Positions 24,185 through 38,350 of a DNA stretch of 64,000 bases are shown piece by piece. Positions within the stretch are counted from its first letter, which is position 1. Each line of letters begins with the position of its first letter. The notes under the pieces are model-generated. The model ran no database searches. It was not told where the DNA came from and saw only the letters and a program-made list of their open reading frames with translations. Source of the DNA: Podarcis liolepis (taxonomy: Eukaryota); the NCBI GenBank assembly GCA_965112155.1, contig OZ218100.1. One strand, written 5' to 3'. Made by a program: the position numbers and the translations under genes.

Positions 24185-24320
24185 CAGGCATAGGCAAACT
24201 CGGCCCTCCAGATGTTTTGGGACTACAACTCCCATCATCCCTGACCACTGGTCCTGTTAGCTAGGGGTGATGGGAGTTGTAGTCCCAAAACATCTGGAGG
24301 GCCAAGTTTGCCTATGCCTG
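24185..24320. mobile_element. Young palindromic hAT MITE (136 bp)
   Basis: CAGGCATAGGCAAAC ... GTTTGCCTATGCCTG with near-perfect arms. Perfect TSD TATTAGGG at 24177 and 24321. Confidence 0.9.
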
Positions 24321-25175
24321 TATTAGGGGAAGGTGTTACTATATGAGTGAAAATAACATACAAATATGCTTTGTATTGGAGGAAATAGTTTGCAGAAATT
24401 AAGATTGGAAAAATGAGTACCTGTGAGAACGAAAACAGAAGATTCTTCCATCCCCAATGTGTACTCAGCCTCAATCCCAAGTTCCTCATGAAGCCACAGA
24501 CCCTCCAAGCAAGCAAATTGAAATGTCCACTTGCAGACTTCTTGGCTCCACATTACAGCTGCTTAGAGTCCCCCAGCCTTTCCTTACATTCGAGCAAGAT
24601 CCATCTTGTTTATGGCTCAGTTGCGGGACATGGTGTTGTGCGAATGAAAGATCATGGTAGAGATCTGAGTATAATGAGGATTAAGAAGCCATTATAGCAA
24701 ATTGCTTTAAGTAACTACATACTGAAACAGTCCTTTTAGTGTGAAGTAGTCTTCTGCTGCCTAAACCCCTGAGCTGTTCCAATTCTGTTTGTTCAGCATG
24801 TGTTTGAATTGTTTTAAAAGCCATTATTCATCCATTAAACTGTATAATTTTCACTAGCTGCTGTTTAGTCAATAGACCATAAAATTGCCCTTTCGAGGCC
24901 TTTGGTATCAGGTAAATACATAACTGAGGAGTATTCTAAACGTGATCTAAACAATTGGCTATGGACTTCTGAACTCTCCTTGGCAGCTTGGGAGCTTGGA
25001 ATGAAGGCGAGAACTGATTTCTATACAGAATTTGGCAGTTCCAACCCAGCTGAGCTTTGCCTCTTGAATTGAGCACTTACACATTATTAGGTGCATGTTT
25101 GTAAGACCTGACTTACAAAAAATGTGCAAAAAACAAATGTATTATGCATGTTAAAGAACCAAGCCCAATGTGGTA

Positions 25176-25417
25176 CAGTGGTACCTCAGGTTACATACGC
25201 TTCAGGTTACATACACTTAAGGTTACACACTCTGCTAACCCAGAAATAGTACTTCAGGTTAAGAACTTTGCTTCAGGATAAGAACAGAAATTGCGCAGCA
25301 GCGGCGCGGCAGCAGCAGGAGGCCCCATTAGCTAATGTGGTGCTTCAGGTTAAGAACAGTTTCAGGTTAAGAACGGACCTCCGGAATGAATTAAGTACTT
25401 AACCTGAGGTACCACTG
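25176..25417. mobile_element. Tc1/mariner MITE, full length, inverted relative to 16353
   Basis: TA|CAGTGGTACCTCAGGTTA ... TAACCTGAGGTACCACTG|TA. Confidence 0.9.
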
Positions 25418-28224
25418 TATTCTGTTTCTGCATTTTGTAAGTGTCAGTATTATTTTTATGCAGTTTAATGTATTACTTTACGCATCTGCTTATGTGCTGC
25501 TTGCTTTAGGAATCCTGGAGTATATATGAATGCAATATTATATGCATAATAATGCATATAATATGTGAGAATTGTTCATATTTTTAGTGGAACTGTTTAA
25601 AATATATACGCATATACGAGATCAAGGAACGTATATATACTCATTATACTTATAACAATATGTATAATGCACAAGAACTATTAAAATTATAGCAGAACTA
25701 GTTTTTTAAAAAATAAAAAAATGCTCACTGTCAAGATCAAAGTGCAAGACAGGAATTATTTAAAAATCTGTGCAGATAAGATCAACATCAAGATCTTCAG
25801 AAAAGTCTTAATCTTACCGTTCAGAAGTCATCAGTTGACACTCTCAAATCTAACCTCCTGAGAGGTACCATTTGGCCAGAGTTGCCATTCCAGAACAAAA
25901 ATGGAGTATGGAGAGAGCAATGGCCTTTGACTCCTGAGCTCTATATTTTCAGAACACATCCTATGTTTTGTGATTGCATATATCATCATCATCATTATCA
26001 TCATCATTTGTATACTGCCCTTCATCTGAAAATCTAAGGCAGTTCACAGCATAAAAGTACAGTCTAAAACCACACAGTACAAAACAAAAACAATAACCCC
26101 CTCCATCATTTTTTAATTGCAAGTTTTAAAGTGGTTTTTAATGTTGGATTTAAAATTGTTGCCATCCACCATTGGAACTTAGGCTGGAGGGTAGGTAATA
26201 AGTAGTGGTGGTGGTGGTGGTGGTGGTAGTAGTATTGGGCTCCCAGCACCTACCTTCAAAGTAACATCCTAGTAAACTAGTCACTAAGGAAGACCATAAG
26301 GTGGGACTGGCTGCAAGAAGAGACTTTCTTTCAGAACATTTATTTCCATGTGATGTTGTCCTCTACTCTGTTTCTAGACTACAATTGGTGGACATCAGTA
26401 GCTGTTTTTGAGCCGTTGCTAAACATTTCTCTTACCACGTTTGAAGTCTACAAGCATTGGGCTGGTGACCTTGTTTCAACGAGGATGTAAAATGCTTTTG
26501 TCCCTCTATTCTCTGCGAAGATCTCCAGATCTTCCCGGTTGTGAGGAGAGTGTTAAACTAGTGGCTGAAGGCCCCAATTTTGATCAGAGAAGCAGCAGTA
26601 GTGGAAGGGTCTTTAATGCTTTCCATCCATGATATTTTTTTTCCAGTCAGTGTCCTTCCCTCCACTCATACTGCTGCTTTTAACTGCACAGGAAGAAAAA
26701 TTACAACTACATGCATTTCCCCAAAACTGTAATATTAGCAACTGGTAAGGGGCATTTAGATTGGGAGAATGGTGAGGGTTCTGTAAACCCAGCACCCAGT
26801 AAAAGCCAGAGACGCCCCCTATCTTAAATGATAAGAAAGAAAGCTAATTAGGGAAACATACTTGATACATCATTTCAAACATACATAAATTCCATAAATA
26901 ATACAAACTCCTGTTGTTATATAACAGTACTGTAAAATCTGTATTAATTTGCCCGTGGAAAGACTTCCCATTACAGAGTCCTCCTAAAGTCTATCCTTCT
27001 GCAATGGAAACTTGTTGAGGATGGAGGGATGTTGTACAGCTGAAAGCTACTTACTTCTCCCCTTCAAGTACACCCTTGAGAACACAGCTGAGAAATCTAT
27101 CCTTAAAAAAGAAGAAGTTAATCCTGTCTTCCCCTGGGATATTCACAGAATACCAACAGATACCTACCAAACGCTGGGAATTTTTAATTTGTGGAACTTG
27201 ACCCACCTTAACCTTGTGTGCTTGGAATTTTCAAACATGGGGGAAAGGATTGGTTTGCTGGCTGGCGCTGTCACACAGAGATGTTGCTCTCTTGGGGACT
27301 TTGATATATAATCTGAAGCAGGAACTAGACACAGGGGGAGTGTAACCCTATCAGTTCTGATGGGCCTCTCAGCAACTTCTGATACCTTCTACCATGTGAC
27401 CCTTATGGTGGACTGTAAGCCACACTTTTGTAGTGGGTCCAATATTTCATGGAAGAGTTGTTTGAGAAGGTGGCATTGGTTAATTCCTACCAACCCACCC
27501 TTAAGGTTACCCCTAGGTAGAATTTCATTTCATATTTCTTAAATAACTTGAGCAATGTGTATGTAGTAGGTTATAATATTTGTGTGATGTTTTAGAAATA
27601 TGCTGCCCATGAAGTCCTCTTCAGGTCTGGCAAGATGGCCAATGATGAGCAATCTTCTTGTTTTATTTCTGTCGGTTATGAAAATTGGGTCACCTTGCCA
27701 AAATCCTGGAGCATTTCTGTGTTTCAGACAAAAAAAAAAAAAAAACCAGTCCTGATTATCTCATCACAATTACCTAACCACAAATATTTTTCTAAAGAAG
27801 TTCCTTGGAAGTCCCATCGCTTACAAGTGCTAAACTGGACTTAAGAAAAACAGATTCTCGTGATAAAATCAAATCTGGAAAAATGTGGGTTGGGTAGATC
27901 CACCTAGCATCAACACTGTGAGCTGAGAAGGGTCCATCTGAGTGCTCTGACATGGTTTGAAAATACTGGGAAGAGCAACCAATCTGCTCAGGAAAGTTTT
28001 TCAGTAGCACAGTAACTTTTCAGCTGAGTACCGTGTGTCTAAATTGAGCTTATGGCCAGCTTCAGTGAAACCCCCTCAAGTTGCATCACACAGCATTAAT
28101 TCTCTTGAATCTGCACCAATGCTGTTGCGATGTAGGGCCTAACTCCTAAATGATTAATAAATAATTTCTAGATTCAGATGAGTTTCATTTTGGCACCCCT
28201 CCTCTGTTTATTGTTGTTGTTGTT

Positions 28225-28600
28225 GTTTGTTTGTTTGTTTGCCACCCATCTGACCGAGTCGCCCCACCCACTCTGGGCAGCTGCCAACAAAATATAAATA
28301 CATCATAAAACATCAAACATTAAAAACTTCAGGTGTCTTCTAAAAGTCATATGGTTGTTTATCAGTTTGTCATCTAATGGGAGGGTGGGCACGAATACTG
28401 AGAAGGCCCTCTGCCTCATTCCCTGTAACTTCACTTCTCGCAGTGAGGGAACCGCTAGAAGACCCTTGGAGCTGGACCTCAGTGTCCAGGCTGAACGATG
28501 GGGGTGAAGATGCTCCGTCCATGTATATAGGACTGAGGCCATTTAGGGCTTTAAAGGTCAGCACCAAGACTTGGACTTATGCTTGGGAGCCAGTGTAGAT
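28225..28600 (-). mobile_element. L2-clade LINE 3' fragment, same family as 2757
   Basis: Minus-strand VLTFKALNGL / EHLHPHRSAWTLRSSSKGLLAVPSLREVKLQG. Confidence 0.8.
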
Positions 28601-31534
28601 CCTCTTTATTAAATAAGAACACCAATGTTTCACACATTTACAGTGCCATCGATTCTTAAAATCAGTGGCCATGTTATATCTTGTGTGTTTTTTAGAGTAA
28701 TTGAATAAGATGTGGGATTATTTCAATACTTTTTCTTTTTCCAGTGTGAGTGGGGGGGGGGGGAGGCAAACGTGGGCAAAGGAACAGGATACTTCAGTCT
28801 CCCTAGATAATCTTGCTCCTGAAAACCAGTTCCAATAGTCTTCAATTCATTTGCACGCTAACCTGACATTTTATCCATACCTGAACTTGAAAGCACCTGA
28901 ACAAAATAAGCAATGTGCTGTTTGATAAGTCAAATTCACCTTGTCAATTGATACGAATGCAAAACTCCAACAATATGTCTATAGATATATTTGGCCTCTG
29001 AGGACACGATGACCTTGTTTTTCAAAGCATTCAACCATCATTCTTCATCTGACTAAAATGTAAGAGTGTCATACCATCCTTTCAGCATCTTTCAACATGT
29101 GGCTTTTTTTCCAGGTAAAGCTTGCTAGCGGTTTTACATGGAAGGATTAAGGCCATGCATAGTAAAAAGCTTTAATTTACACCTCACTGCCTCTATTCTA
29201 AAGTGTTTATTTTATCTGTTTTATAAAAATTGCATAACAGCTTACCGTCATAATATTTTTCTGGTTAGTAAAAAAGGACAAGTCGCATTCTTTCTTTTAA
29301 GGGCAAAGCTTGGAGAAAGGAATCTTATACGGATTTAAACTCAGCAGGCTTGCTGGGACACAGGGGCTACCAAAGGAAGAATTTGGTACAAAGCAGACTA
29401 ACTTGAAATCTAGAAATGCAATTTGATTAGGAATGCACCAAGTTCATATAATTTGTATTATTTGGGTTTTGTTTTTTTAACATTTTTTTTTGTAAGCCAC
29501 TCTGAAAACTTGAATGGAGAGTTCAGGCACAAATCTTAAAAATAAAATAATGCATTACCAAAAAATGTAGATGCATCCCTATTGCAGCTTCATATAAAGA
29601 AATCTGTGCAATATTAGAGGAAGCTGGGCATATGAAACAATATAATTGAATGCATTGTTGAAAAGATTTTTTTAAGTATTACATCGGGAAAAATTGGTTG
29701 CAAAAATATGCACATTAGTCAAAACTGCATATAAAAATGTGTTTATTAGAAGAAATTCACACTAAATGGCTGATATATTTTTTAAATCGCCGCAAAAATG
29801 TGGAGGGCTGAATTTATGATTGGAAAGAAGAGAAATTGGGAGATCTAAAATCGGCAAAGCCTTCAATCCCTATCCAGAAGCTCATGCCCGGTTCCATAAG
29901 CCACAGTTTAGGAGGCTAGGAAAGCTTGTCTAAACCAGGCCAGTATCAATGTGTGTGAATGCCTGTTTCTGTGTGAGAGAAAATGTGCATGTGAGAGAGG
30001 GCATCAATCTACCCATATTTTTGGCTCGCTTACACTTGGCAGAACCGTTCCCTGCCAGAAATGGTTTCTCACTGCCAACCAATATCAAGGTTACTGTATA
30101 GGCCTCTCCTCAGCCCTGCTTGCACATTGTTTATGTGGTGATAGGTATTTGAGGCCTAGCTCATACTGTTCTTTCCCTGCCCCAACCCACCACAAAAAGA
30201 AAATGTACAGCACTCAGTAATTTAAATTGACTGAATCCTCCAGATGTGAGATACCAGCAAACTGGTTTTGAAGAAATACAGCCTAATACATCACTGTTTC
30301 ATTCTCACAAGCCAGGAGTTTTCCTGGTCAAGCTGTTTGTTTTCAACAGAATTCGCCTTCCCTAGTTTTGGGCTGACCCCTCTTTTGGTCTCCAAGCTAA
30401 GACCACAAAAAAAGAAAAAGAAACAGAGACTTAATGGATAGTTGTCCTCTAAATTACCCAGCATTATATCTTTGAGAAAGGTCTGATTTAAAGGCAAATT
30501 GTCATTAGTAAAGTGAAACCCGTAAAAGGAAAGAGGGATGTGTTCCTGAGCCCAGCAGTTGTTAACTAAGAGAGTCAGTTAGTGAGAAAGTTGGCTGTTC
30601 CTTTTGAGCAGGTTCCAAGAAGCTCTGTTCCTAACCCCATACCTCATTAAAGTCTAATCCTGTAAGGTGTTAACAGATTTTTTTTCCTTTTCACCCAAAT
30701 TAGCATGGGATCGAGGGACGGGGTAGGGTTTTTCCAGTGGTGATAAGGATCCTTTAAGGGTATTTTTGCAAGGACATTGCCATAAGCAGAATCCCAATTT
30801 AACCTGATCATGCTGCTCACTTGAGAATTGGGCTCCGTTTAGCATGGTGCCAGCATGTGGCCTCTGGGAGTTTGCCCAGAATTGACTCATGAGCTGCTGA
30901 AGGTGATTCTCCACTCATGATCTAAACAAATGAGAATAAACTATCCTGAGTTTTCTAAACAATGAAAGAAACTTGACTTCTGCTAAGGTGGAATATGTCA
31001 ATTTGCATTTCTTAGTATTGATCTGATGTGTAGAGATCTTTCCTATTCTAATTATTCCAAGAGGGTTCTGGAAGCTTCTCTGTGTGAAAGAAACAAGCAG
31101 AAGGTTCATGATGCTTGGGTTATTCCTTCAGAGAAGCTGAGTACAGCTGGCTTAAACTGGTTCTGTTATCTCTTCTGTCAAGGTCATTCTGACTATAATC
31201 GTAAGGCGAGAAGGAGCCTTGGTTTCACTTTCTCTTTCTATCTCTCTTCCTTCTGGTGTGGTGTTCTGTACATAGTACGGTATACTTAGTGTTAAGGTTT
31301 AGACTTCTTATAAGTTATTGTAAGTTGTAGTCTGTTGCAACTGGATTTGTTATGGACAGTGCCAATCCTGAATGTATTGGATTTGTGACCATTATGCTCA
31401 TTTGCCTTCAGTAGCAGTAAAGCTCTGCTGGATGAAATATAATTGCCTCTGGTCTATTTTTGGGAATCCTGCAACATGTTTAAGTTTTTACTCTGCTAAC
31501 TATACTTCGGAGTTCTGCTCTGGATCAATATTGA

Positions 31535-31762
<228 letters not shown>

Positions 31763-32963
31763 TAATGCTGGCTTGATCAGTTTGCCCAGTTCCCTCCATG
31801 CAACCTTTTTGGGGTTTCTGCATGTTGGTGACTTGGGAGAACAGTCTCACAGAAACCTGGGGTCACCCTTGCCATCAGCCATGATGGGATTGCAGCCCTT
31901 CCAATGATTTCTATGATACGTTGTCAGAGCAACTGGGATTGTAGGCACCGCTGCAATCCCAGGTACATGTTTTCTTCTAGCTGACACAGGAATATCTCTG
32001 TGCCGTCATTGGCGCACATGAGCCAGAGAATGAGCACGTGGAGATAACTGGTCACTTGCGCCACGTGGATAAGCCATCTCAAAGAACGTAATATATGCTC
32101 TTTTTTATTTAAAAAATAAAGGAAAAAGAAACAAATTGAATTTTCTGTTATACTAGGGACAGAATGCTTGTAAACTGTAATTCCATCGTTTAACTCTTTT
32201 CCTTATCAAGTGCCATGGAATATAACTTCACCCTGCTACTTTGGGATGGGTGGGAAATGTGGAAAATGAGATAAGCATGTCCACACCGTGCAAAGAGCGG
32301 GAGGTGGAATCTCAAGGGCATTGTTGGAGGCTGACCCAGGGGGCCTAAGCCCCAGGCCATTTGTGCCAGGCCCCAATTACCCTACATTGTTCTTATTATA
32401 GATTGTGCCCCACTAAAAGAGGCCACAAGTTCTATAAACCCTTCAAATTAAGGGCTGAAACCCTGGGTGAAAAAGGAAATACTTTGCCTGGTGCCTAAAA
32501 TAGATAAAAGTTGGTGCAAGCCTCCCTAGGAGAGCACCCATTCTCTCCATTTTTGGAAACATAAAAAAGTGTTTGTTTTTAACTTTGCAGCGCACCCAGC
32601 TGCCCTGTAAGCAACGTACAATTGTTGCTGAGCCCCAGTCACTCACCATCTTTGTATGGGCAGAGGCATATATACATATTAATTAGCATGTGCCAATATT
32701 ATGCAAATGTTGTCATGGGGCTGGGTGCCATGCCTCTGAAATACTGTGTGATGCCACTGATGAAGCTCCCTTTATCTGCTGGTGTTCAAGCCCAAGGCTC
32801 CACCTTGTTATACATGTGCACAAATAGAGTATTGCTTTCGTTGAAAAGATCATGTATGGCATATGTCGTGTTCCCAATGGGCCTTGGACTTTACAGTTTT
32901 TCTAAGGGGCAGCGTGCTTCTCTCAGGTTCTCAACGCATTTCTTTCTTTCCCGATTTCTGTAA

Positions 32964-33254
<291 letters not shown>

Positions 33255-33671
33255 TAAGAGCAGCCACCACTGGGAGTTCAACTGCAGTTCAGAGTGCTAC
33301 TGTCCGTATAAGGGGGTCTGGAATGAATTACGCTTCTTGTGGGAAAGGGACAAAATGTTTGTGTTCTTTGTGGCTGTATGCTGCATCAATGTATGCACTT
33401 GAGAATCATGTTTCAGGGAAAAGGAAAACACAAGCAGACTAAATGGCCTTATCAGGCAGACATTGCCAACTGCGCATGTCTTGCTACGGTAGGGGAAGGG
33501 TTATGTAATTAAAGAAACTCAGCCAGCAGGTTTGCTTTGGGCCCTGATCCAAAATACTGGAATGCACTAGCATATGGATCCTAGCCACACTGACTTGGAA
33601 ATAAACCCTGTTGCTTTCAGTGGGACTTAACTCCCAAGAAAGCTTGCATAGGATTGTGTATCCTCTGTGCA

Positions 33672-33870
33672 NNNNNNNNNNNNNNNNNNNNNNNNNNNNN
33701 NNNNNNNNNNNNNNNNNNNNNNNNNNNNNNNNNNNNNNNNNNNNNNNNNNNNNNNNNNNNNNNNNNNNNNNNNNNNNNNNNNNNNNNNNNNNNNNNNNNN
33801 NNNNNNNNNNNNNNNNNNNNNNNNNNNNNNNNNNNNNNNNNNNNNNNNNNNNNNNNNNNNNNNNNNNNNN
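33672..33870. other. Assembly gap (N run)
   Basis: 199 consecutive N. Confidence 1.
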
Positions 33871-33943
33871 AAGATCTCAGGGTGGGTCACAAGATAAAAC
33901 TTCAAGATAAAAGCGCAAAGTTAAACCAGAAGCAACAAACCAA

Positions 33944-33992
<49 letters not shown>

Positions 33993-36019
33993 TGTTGTAC
34001 CCCACCTATCTGACTGGGTTGCCCCAGTCACTCTGGGTAGCTTCCAACAGAATATAAACAACACAAGATGCACTAGACATTGAGAGCTTCCCGATACAAT
34101 TAAAGATAGCTAAACTACTGTTTTTTCCACCAAACAGCTTATCCAGGTCTATCATTCATTCTTAGTGTTGAGTACCAACAGGTTCCTACAAGGAGCCCTA
34201 TGGGTCAGACACCAAATCCCTACCGTGGCTGCTCATCAGAAAAGTGCAGGCATTTTAAGCTGGAAATACCAGCACACACTGGGCTCTAGGAAGGAATGAA
34301 CCCCAAGCACCCCAGTCCTGTGCAACTGGGTCTCTAGAACCCCAACCTTTCCCTTTGCTTCTGTCTCAGCTGTTCGACTGCTGTCTTCCCTGTTTCTCAT
34401 CGCCTCTGCTCCAAGTACTTGGGCATCTGGACCTGGAATGCTAACAGCCTGCTGCTGTCCATGTCTTGCATGCCATGCCTTAGGCCACAAAGCTGCTAAC
34501 CATTTTCTTTTTTAAAAAAAAGTTGTGACAAGAAATGCAGACAAATTTTGACCCCAAATGAAGCAACGCTGCTTCAAAGAGAAGTTTCAGCTCCCCACAT
34601 GGAGCCCACCAAAGAGACTTCCACCCATCCAATCACTGGCATAAAAACTTCCCACGCAATTGGAGCATGGCAAACTATTGGCAAACATTATGTTTGTTGC
34701 ATAGAATGTTGCCCGCCCCTTGAGGAACCTTGGATGACCTCAGTAGGGGGCTGTGCCATTTGAAGTATCCCTAACTCCCACTGATTTCATGGGGGTCTGG
34801 AAAAACCCAATCCTATGGGTGGCATTCACTGTTGCGCTATTACTAACATTCTCTCTGCGCAAGCATTTTTGCTTGTCAGATGGAGCAGCGCCTCCCCTTC
34901 TCCCCACCCACTGAACCGATTTCAGGGGGCGCTGTAGTCGTGGGAGGAAACGAGAGGAAGTCCTTTTGCACAAGTGGAAGCCCTTGCACAGGCCTTTGAC
35001 TAACAGGATGTGCTAAGTGAAACCCAGAACCAAAAGAGTTGCATCTCGCACAACACATATGAAGGATTCTGGCCTTTTGCATTTAGCTCTCCCCACCCCA
35101 CACCCCAAGGGGAAAAAAGAAGTTTTAGGCTTAGCTTTGTGTTTGAAACTTGTGTTCTTCGCCTTGTACTTTAACGGCATGCAGTTAACAGAGGAGCAGG
35201 AAGAACAGAGGAAATGAAGGGGCGTCTATGTACTTGACTGCCGAAAATTAGCAAGGGATTAGCTTTGGAACGCTTTGTTTCCTCGCATTGTACTGTTAGA
35301 CATGCGTTTTGTTCGTCAGGCACTGTAAATCAGAGTCTTATTAAGTCGTTGAAAAGCATTTCTTTTAGCAGCTTTTGCAGAATGGACCTTGCTTTCTATT
35401 CAGCTGATTTTCTATGCAGTTTATTTCTGTTTTCCAGAAACGTTTTATAATCTCAGCAACCCCAGATGCTTTGAAATCAAAAACTATGAGAACCTGGAAT
35501 TTAATTTCTCCAAACCCAAACTAAAATCCTCGTTGGCAGAGATCCCATTTTGCAGCAGAGGCTTCTGGACAGTACACACAGCCCTAAAGTTATTTTTAAA
35601 AATGTTTAAATATCTTGTGACTTCTGGGAATTCAAACCCTTTTTTGTTTTTGTTTTTCCTAAGGCTTAGGCTTGCTTCCCTTCAAAATGAGAATAATATG
35701 AGGAAGGTGAAGCCATAGCTTTATATCTGTTGCATGCAGAATATCCCAGGCTCAAACCCCAGCATCTCTGGTTGAACAGGAGTGGGGAACCTCTGACTTT
35801 GCAGATGGGTGTTTGGCTCCAACTCCCCTCAGTCCCAGCCAGCATGGCTAATGGTCAGGAATGATGGGATTTGTAGTCTTAACAACATCTGTAGAGTCTC
35901 AGGTTCCCCATGCCTGGGATAAAGGATCCCACACAGTAGAGCTGGGATCAATATATCCACCTGAGACCTTAGAAAGCTGCTGCCAATCAGAATAGACAGG
36001 GACTAGCTTATTTATTGAA

Positions 36020-36368
36020 GGGTGGCGCTGTGGGTTAAACCACAGAGCCTAGGACTTGCCGATCAGAAGGTTGGTGGTTCGAATCCCCGCGTCGGGGTGA
36101 GCTCCTGTTGCTCGGTCCCAGCTCCTGCCAACCTAGCAGTTCGAAAGCACATCAAAGTGCAAGTAGATAAATAAGTACTGCTCCGGCGGGAAGGTAAATG
36201 GTGTTTCCATGCACTGCTCTGGTTCATCAGAAGCAGCTTAGTCATGCAGGCCACATGACCCGGAAGCTGTATGCCGGCTCCCTCAGCCAATAAAGCGAGA
36301 AAAGTGCCACAACCCCAGAGTCAGTCACGACTGGACCTAATGGTCAGGGGTCCCTTTACCTTTACCTT
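36020..36368 (+). mobile_element. Sauria SINE, nearly full length
   Basis: gggtggcgctgtgggttaaacc...ggttcgaatccc...(acctttt)n-type tail. TSD GCTTATTTAT at 36006 and 36369. Sits inside an older tRNA SINE (~35712-36522). Confidence 0.9.
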
Positions 36369-36384
36369 GCTTATTTATGTATCA

Positions 36385-36455
36385 GTTGTTGTTGTTGTTG
36401 TTGATGATGATGATGATGATGATGAAGATGATGATGATGATGATGAAGAAGAAGA
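36385..36455. repeat. Compound (GTT)n(GAT)n(GAA)n microsatellite
   Basis: Direct observation. Confidence 0.95.
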
Positions 36456-37039
36456 AAAGTCTTGCCCTGAGTTAGATGAGCCAGTGGCCTGATTTCGTAA
36501 AAAGTTGTTTCCTATGTTCCTAAAATGAAGACCTTACAATTTGCCTGGAGAGCTCAGCTCCTTAACCAGAGGGATGAATTTCGGGGTATTTAACCTGGGA
36601 CCTTCTGCATGCAAAGCACCATGCCACAGCAAGTTACACAGAAGCTTTTACCAGACAGAAGGGAGAAGGTGGCATATTTTCAGGGCTATAACAAAGTAGC
36701 TTATTCTCAGCCATGCATCCTTCTTTTCACGGCTTCAGGCATTAAACTTTCAGACCTTAAAACTCAACATGTGTATGCAACAAATGGGTGCTTGGAAACA
36801 GGTACACTCATCTGATAGCTGGGATTGGCTTTGGTCCATTGCCAGGTAGTGTCTTCAGTGGTCTAATTATGTATGATGAAGACTTATTTGAAAGACGTCT
36901 CCTGCTAGCCTACCCTTCGTTGGTACCCAACAGGGAGTAAAAGGATGTGGTGGTAGCTGATTGAGGCAGCAGAAAGAGCAGCTCAGACTGAATATTTTTG
37001 TGGCCTTCTCTGCTTTCTTGACCCGTTGACTCAGAAAGA

Positions 37040-37541
37040 AAGAATCATAGCATTGGAAGGGACCCTCAGGATCATCTAGTCCAATCCCCTGCAATTCAGG
37101 AATATGCAGCTGTCCCTTACAGGGATCAAACCTGCAAACAGCACCACACTCTTGCCCAGGGGTTGGCAACGTGCGGCCCATGGGCCAGATCTAACCTACA
37201 AAGATCGTTTTACCGGCCCCTGAGCCACCCCCGAACTGAGCCACCTGCTTGGCGAGTCCCCCGTGCGCTGCGCTAAACTAGCGCAGCATAGTGCAGGGAC
37301 TCGCCAACCGGTGCTAGAAATCGTGTCTGCACATGCGCCAATACCAGAAATCACCTCTGCGCAGGTGCGATTTTCAGCGTCTGGGCATGCACAGAAGCGA
37401 TTTCCGGTGCCACGGACATGGACAGACGTGATTTCTGGAGTCGCACTGTGCCGGTCCAGCCCACGGACGATCTCCATGGGAGTGATCCGGCCCATGGCCG
37501 GTAAGCCTTGCCAACCCCTTCTCTAGCCAACTGAGCTATCC
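37040..37541 (-). mobile_element. tRNA-head / CR1-tail SINE split by a hAT MITE
   Basis: agaatcatag...ggaagggaccc...atctagtccaatcccctgc ... aactgagctatcc. Confidence 0.7.
37157..37520. mobile_element. GC-rich hAT MITE
   Basis: TIRs CAGGGGTTGGCAA / TTGCCAACCCCTT. 8-bp TSD CTCTTGCC / CTCTAGCC. Confidence 0.85.
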
Positions 37542-37624
37542 AAGAACTCGTTGCTCCTTGTTGCTTCATTGCTTCAACTTCCCACTATGCAACAAATGTC
37601 TGGTACCTTTTGTTTTTCCTCTAG

Positions 37625-37855
<231 letters not shown>

Positions 37856-37856
37856 T

Positions 37857-37936
37857 AATCCTATACAGATTTACCTGGAAGTAGGTCCCATTAAACTCAG
37901 TGGGCCATACTTCGGAGTAGAAATGTATAGAATTGC
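37857..37936. mobile_element. Short (~80 bp) palindromic repeat, probably a non-autonomous DNA element
   Basis: aatcctatac...gaagtaggtcccatt...agtgggccatacttc...gtatagaattg. Related copies near 33575, 45285 and 55885. Confidence 0.55.
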
Positions 37937-38098
37937 ACTGTAATGCTGCAGTAGAGTTGAAAGCCCAGGTAGCAACCATTTTAAGGTGGTTGGTTTCTTC
38001 CAAGGTAAGTCTCAGGTTTGCTTATTGTATGCTGAATGTGAAAATGGTCATTATGTATTCCTTACAAACACAAGAACTAATGGAATCAATTATTTTAA

Positions 38099-38350
38099 AG
38101 CCAGTGTGGTATAGTGCTTAAGAGCAGTGGACTCATAATCTGGTGAACCGGGTTCAATTCCCTGCTCCTCCACATGCAGCTGCTGGGTGACCTTGGGCTA
38201 GTCACACTTCTCTGAAGTCTCTCAGCCTCACTCACCTCACAGAGTGTTTGTTGTTGGGGAGGAAGGGAAAGGAGATTGTTAGCCGCTTTGAGACTCCTTA
38301 GGGTAGTGATAAAGCGGGATATCAAATCCAAACTCTTCTTCCAAACTCTT
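38099..38350 (+). mobile_element. Squam3-like SINE
   Basis: Highly similar to 3254-3538. Tail duplicated as tccaaactcttcttccaaactctt. Confidence 0.8.

Noticed and set aside
36271-36492. Acidic or homopolymer ORFs (poly-D/E here; poly-E/K at 3160-3751, poly-I at 8184-8441, poly-P at 22586-22774)
   Set aside because: Translations of microsatellites.
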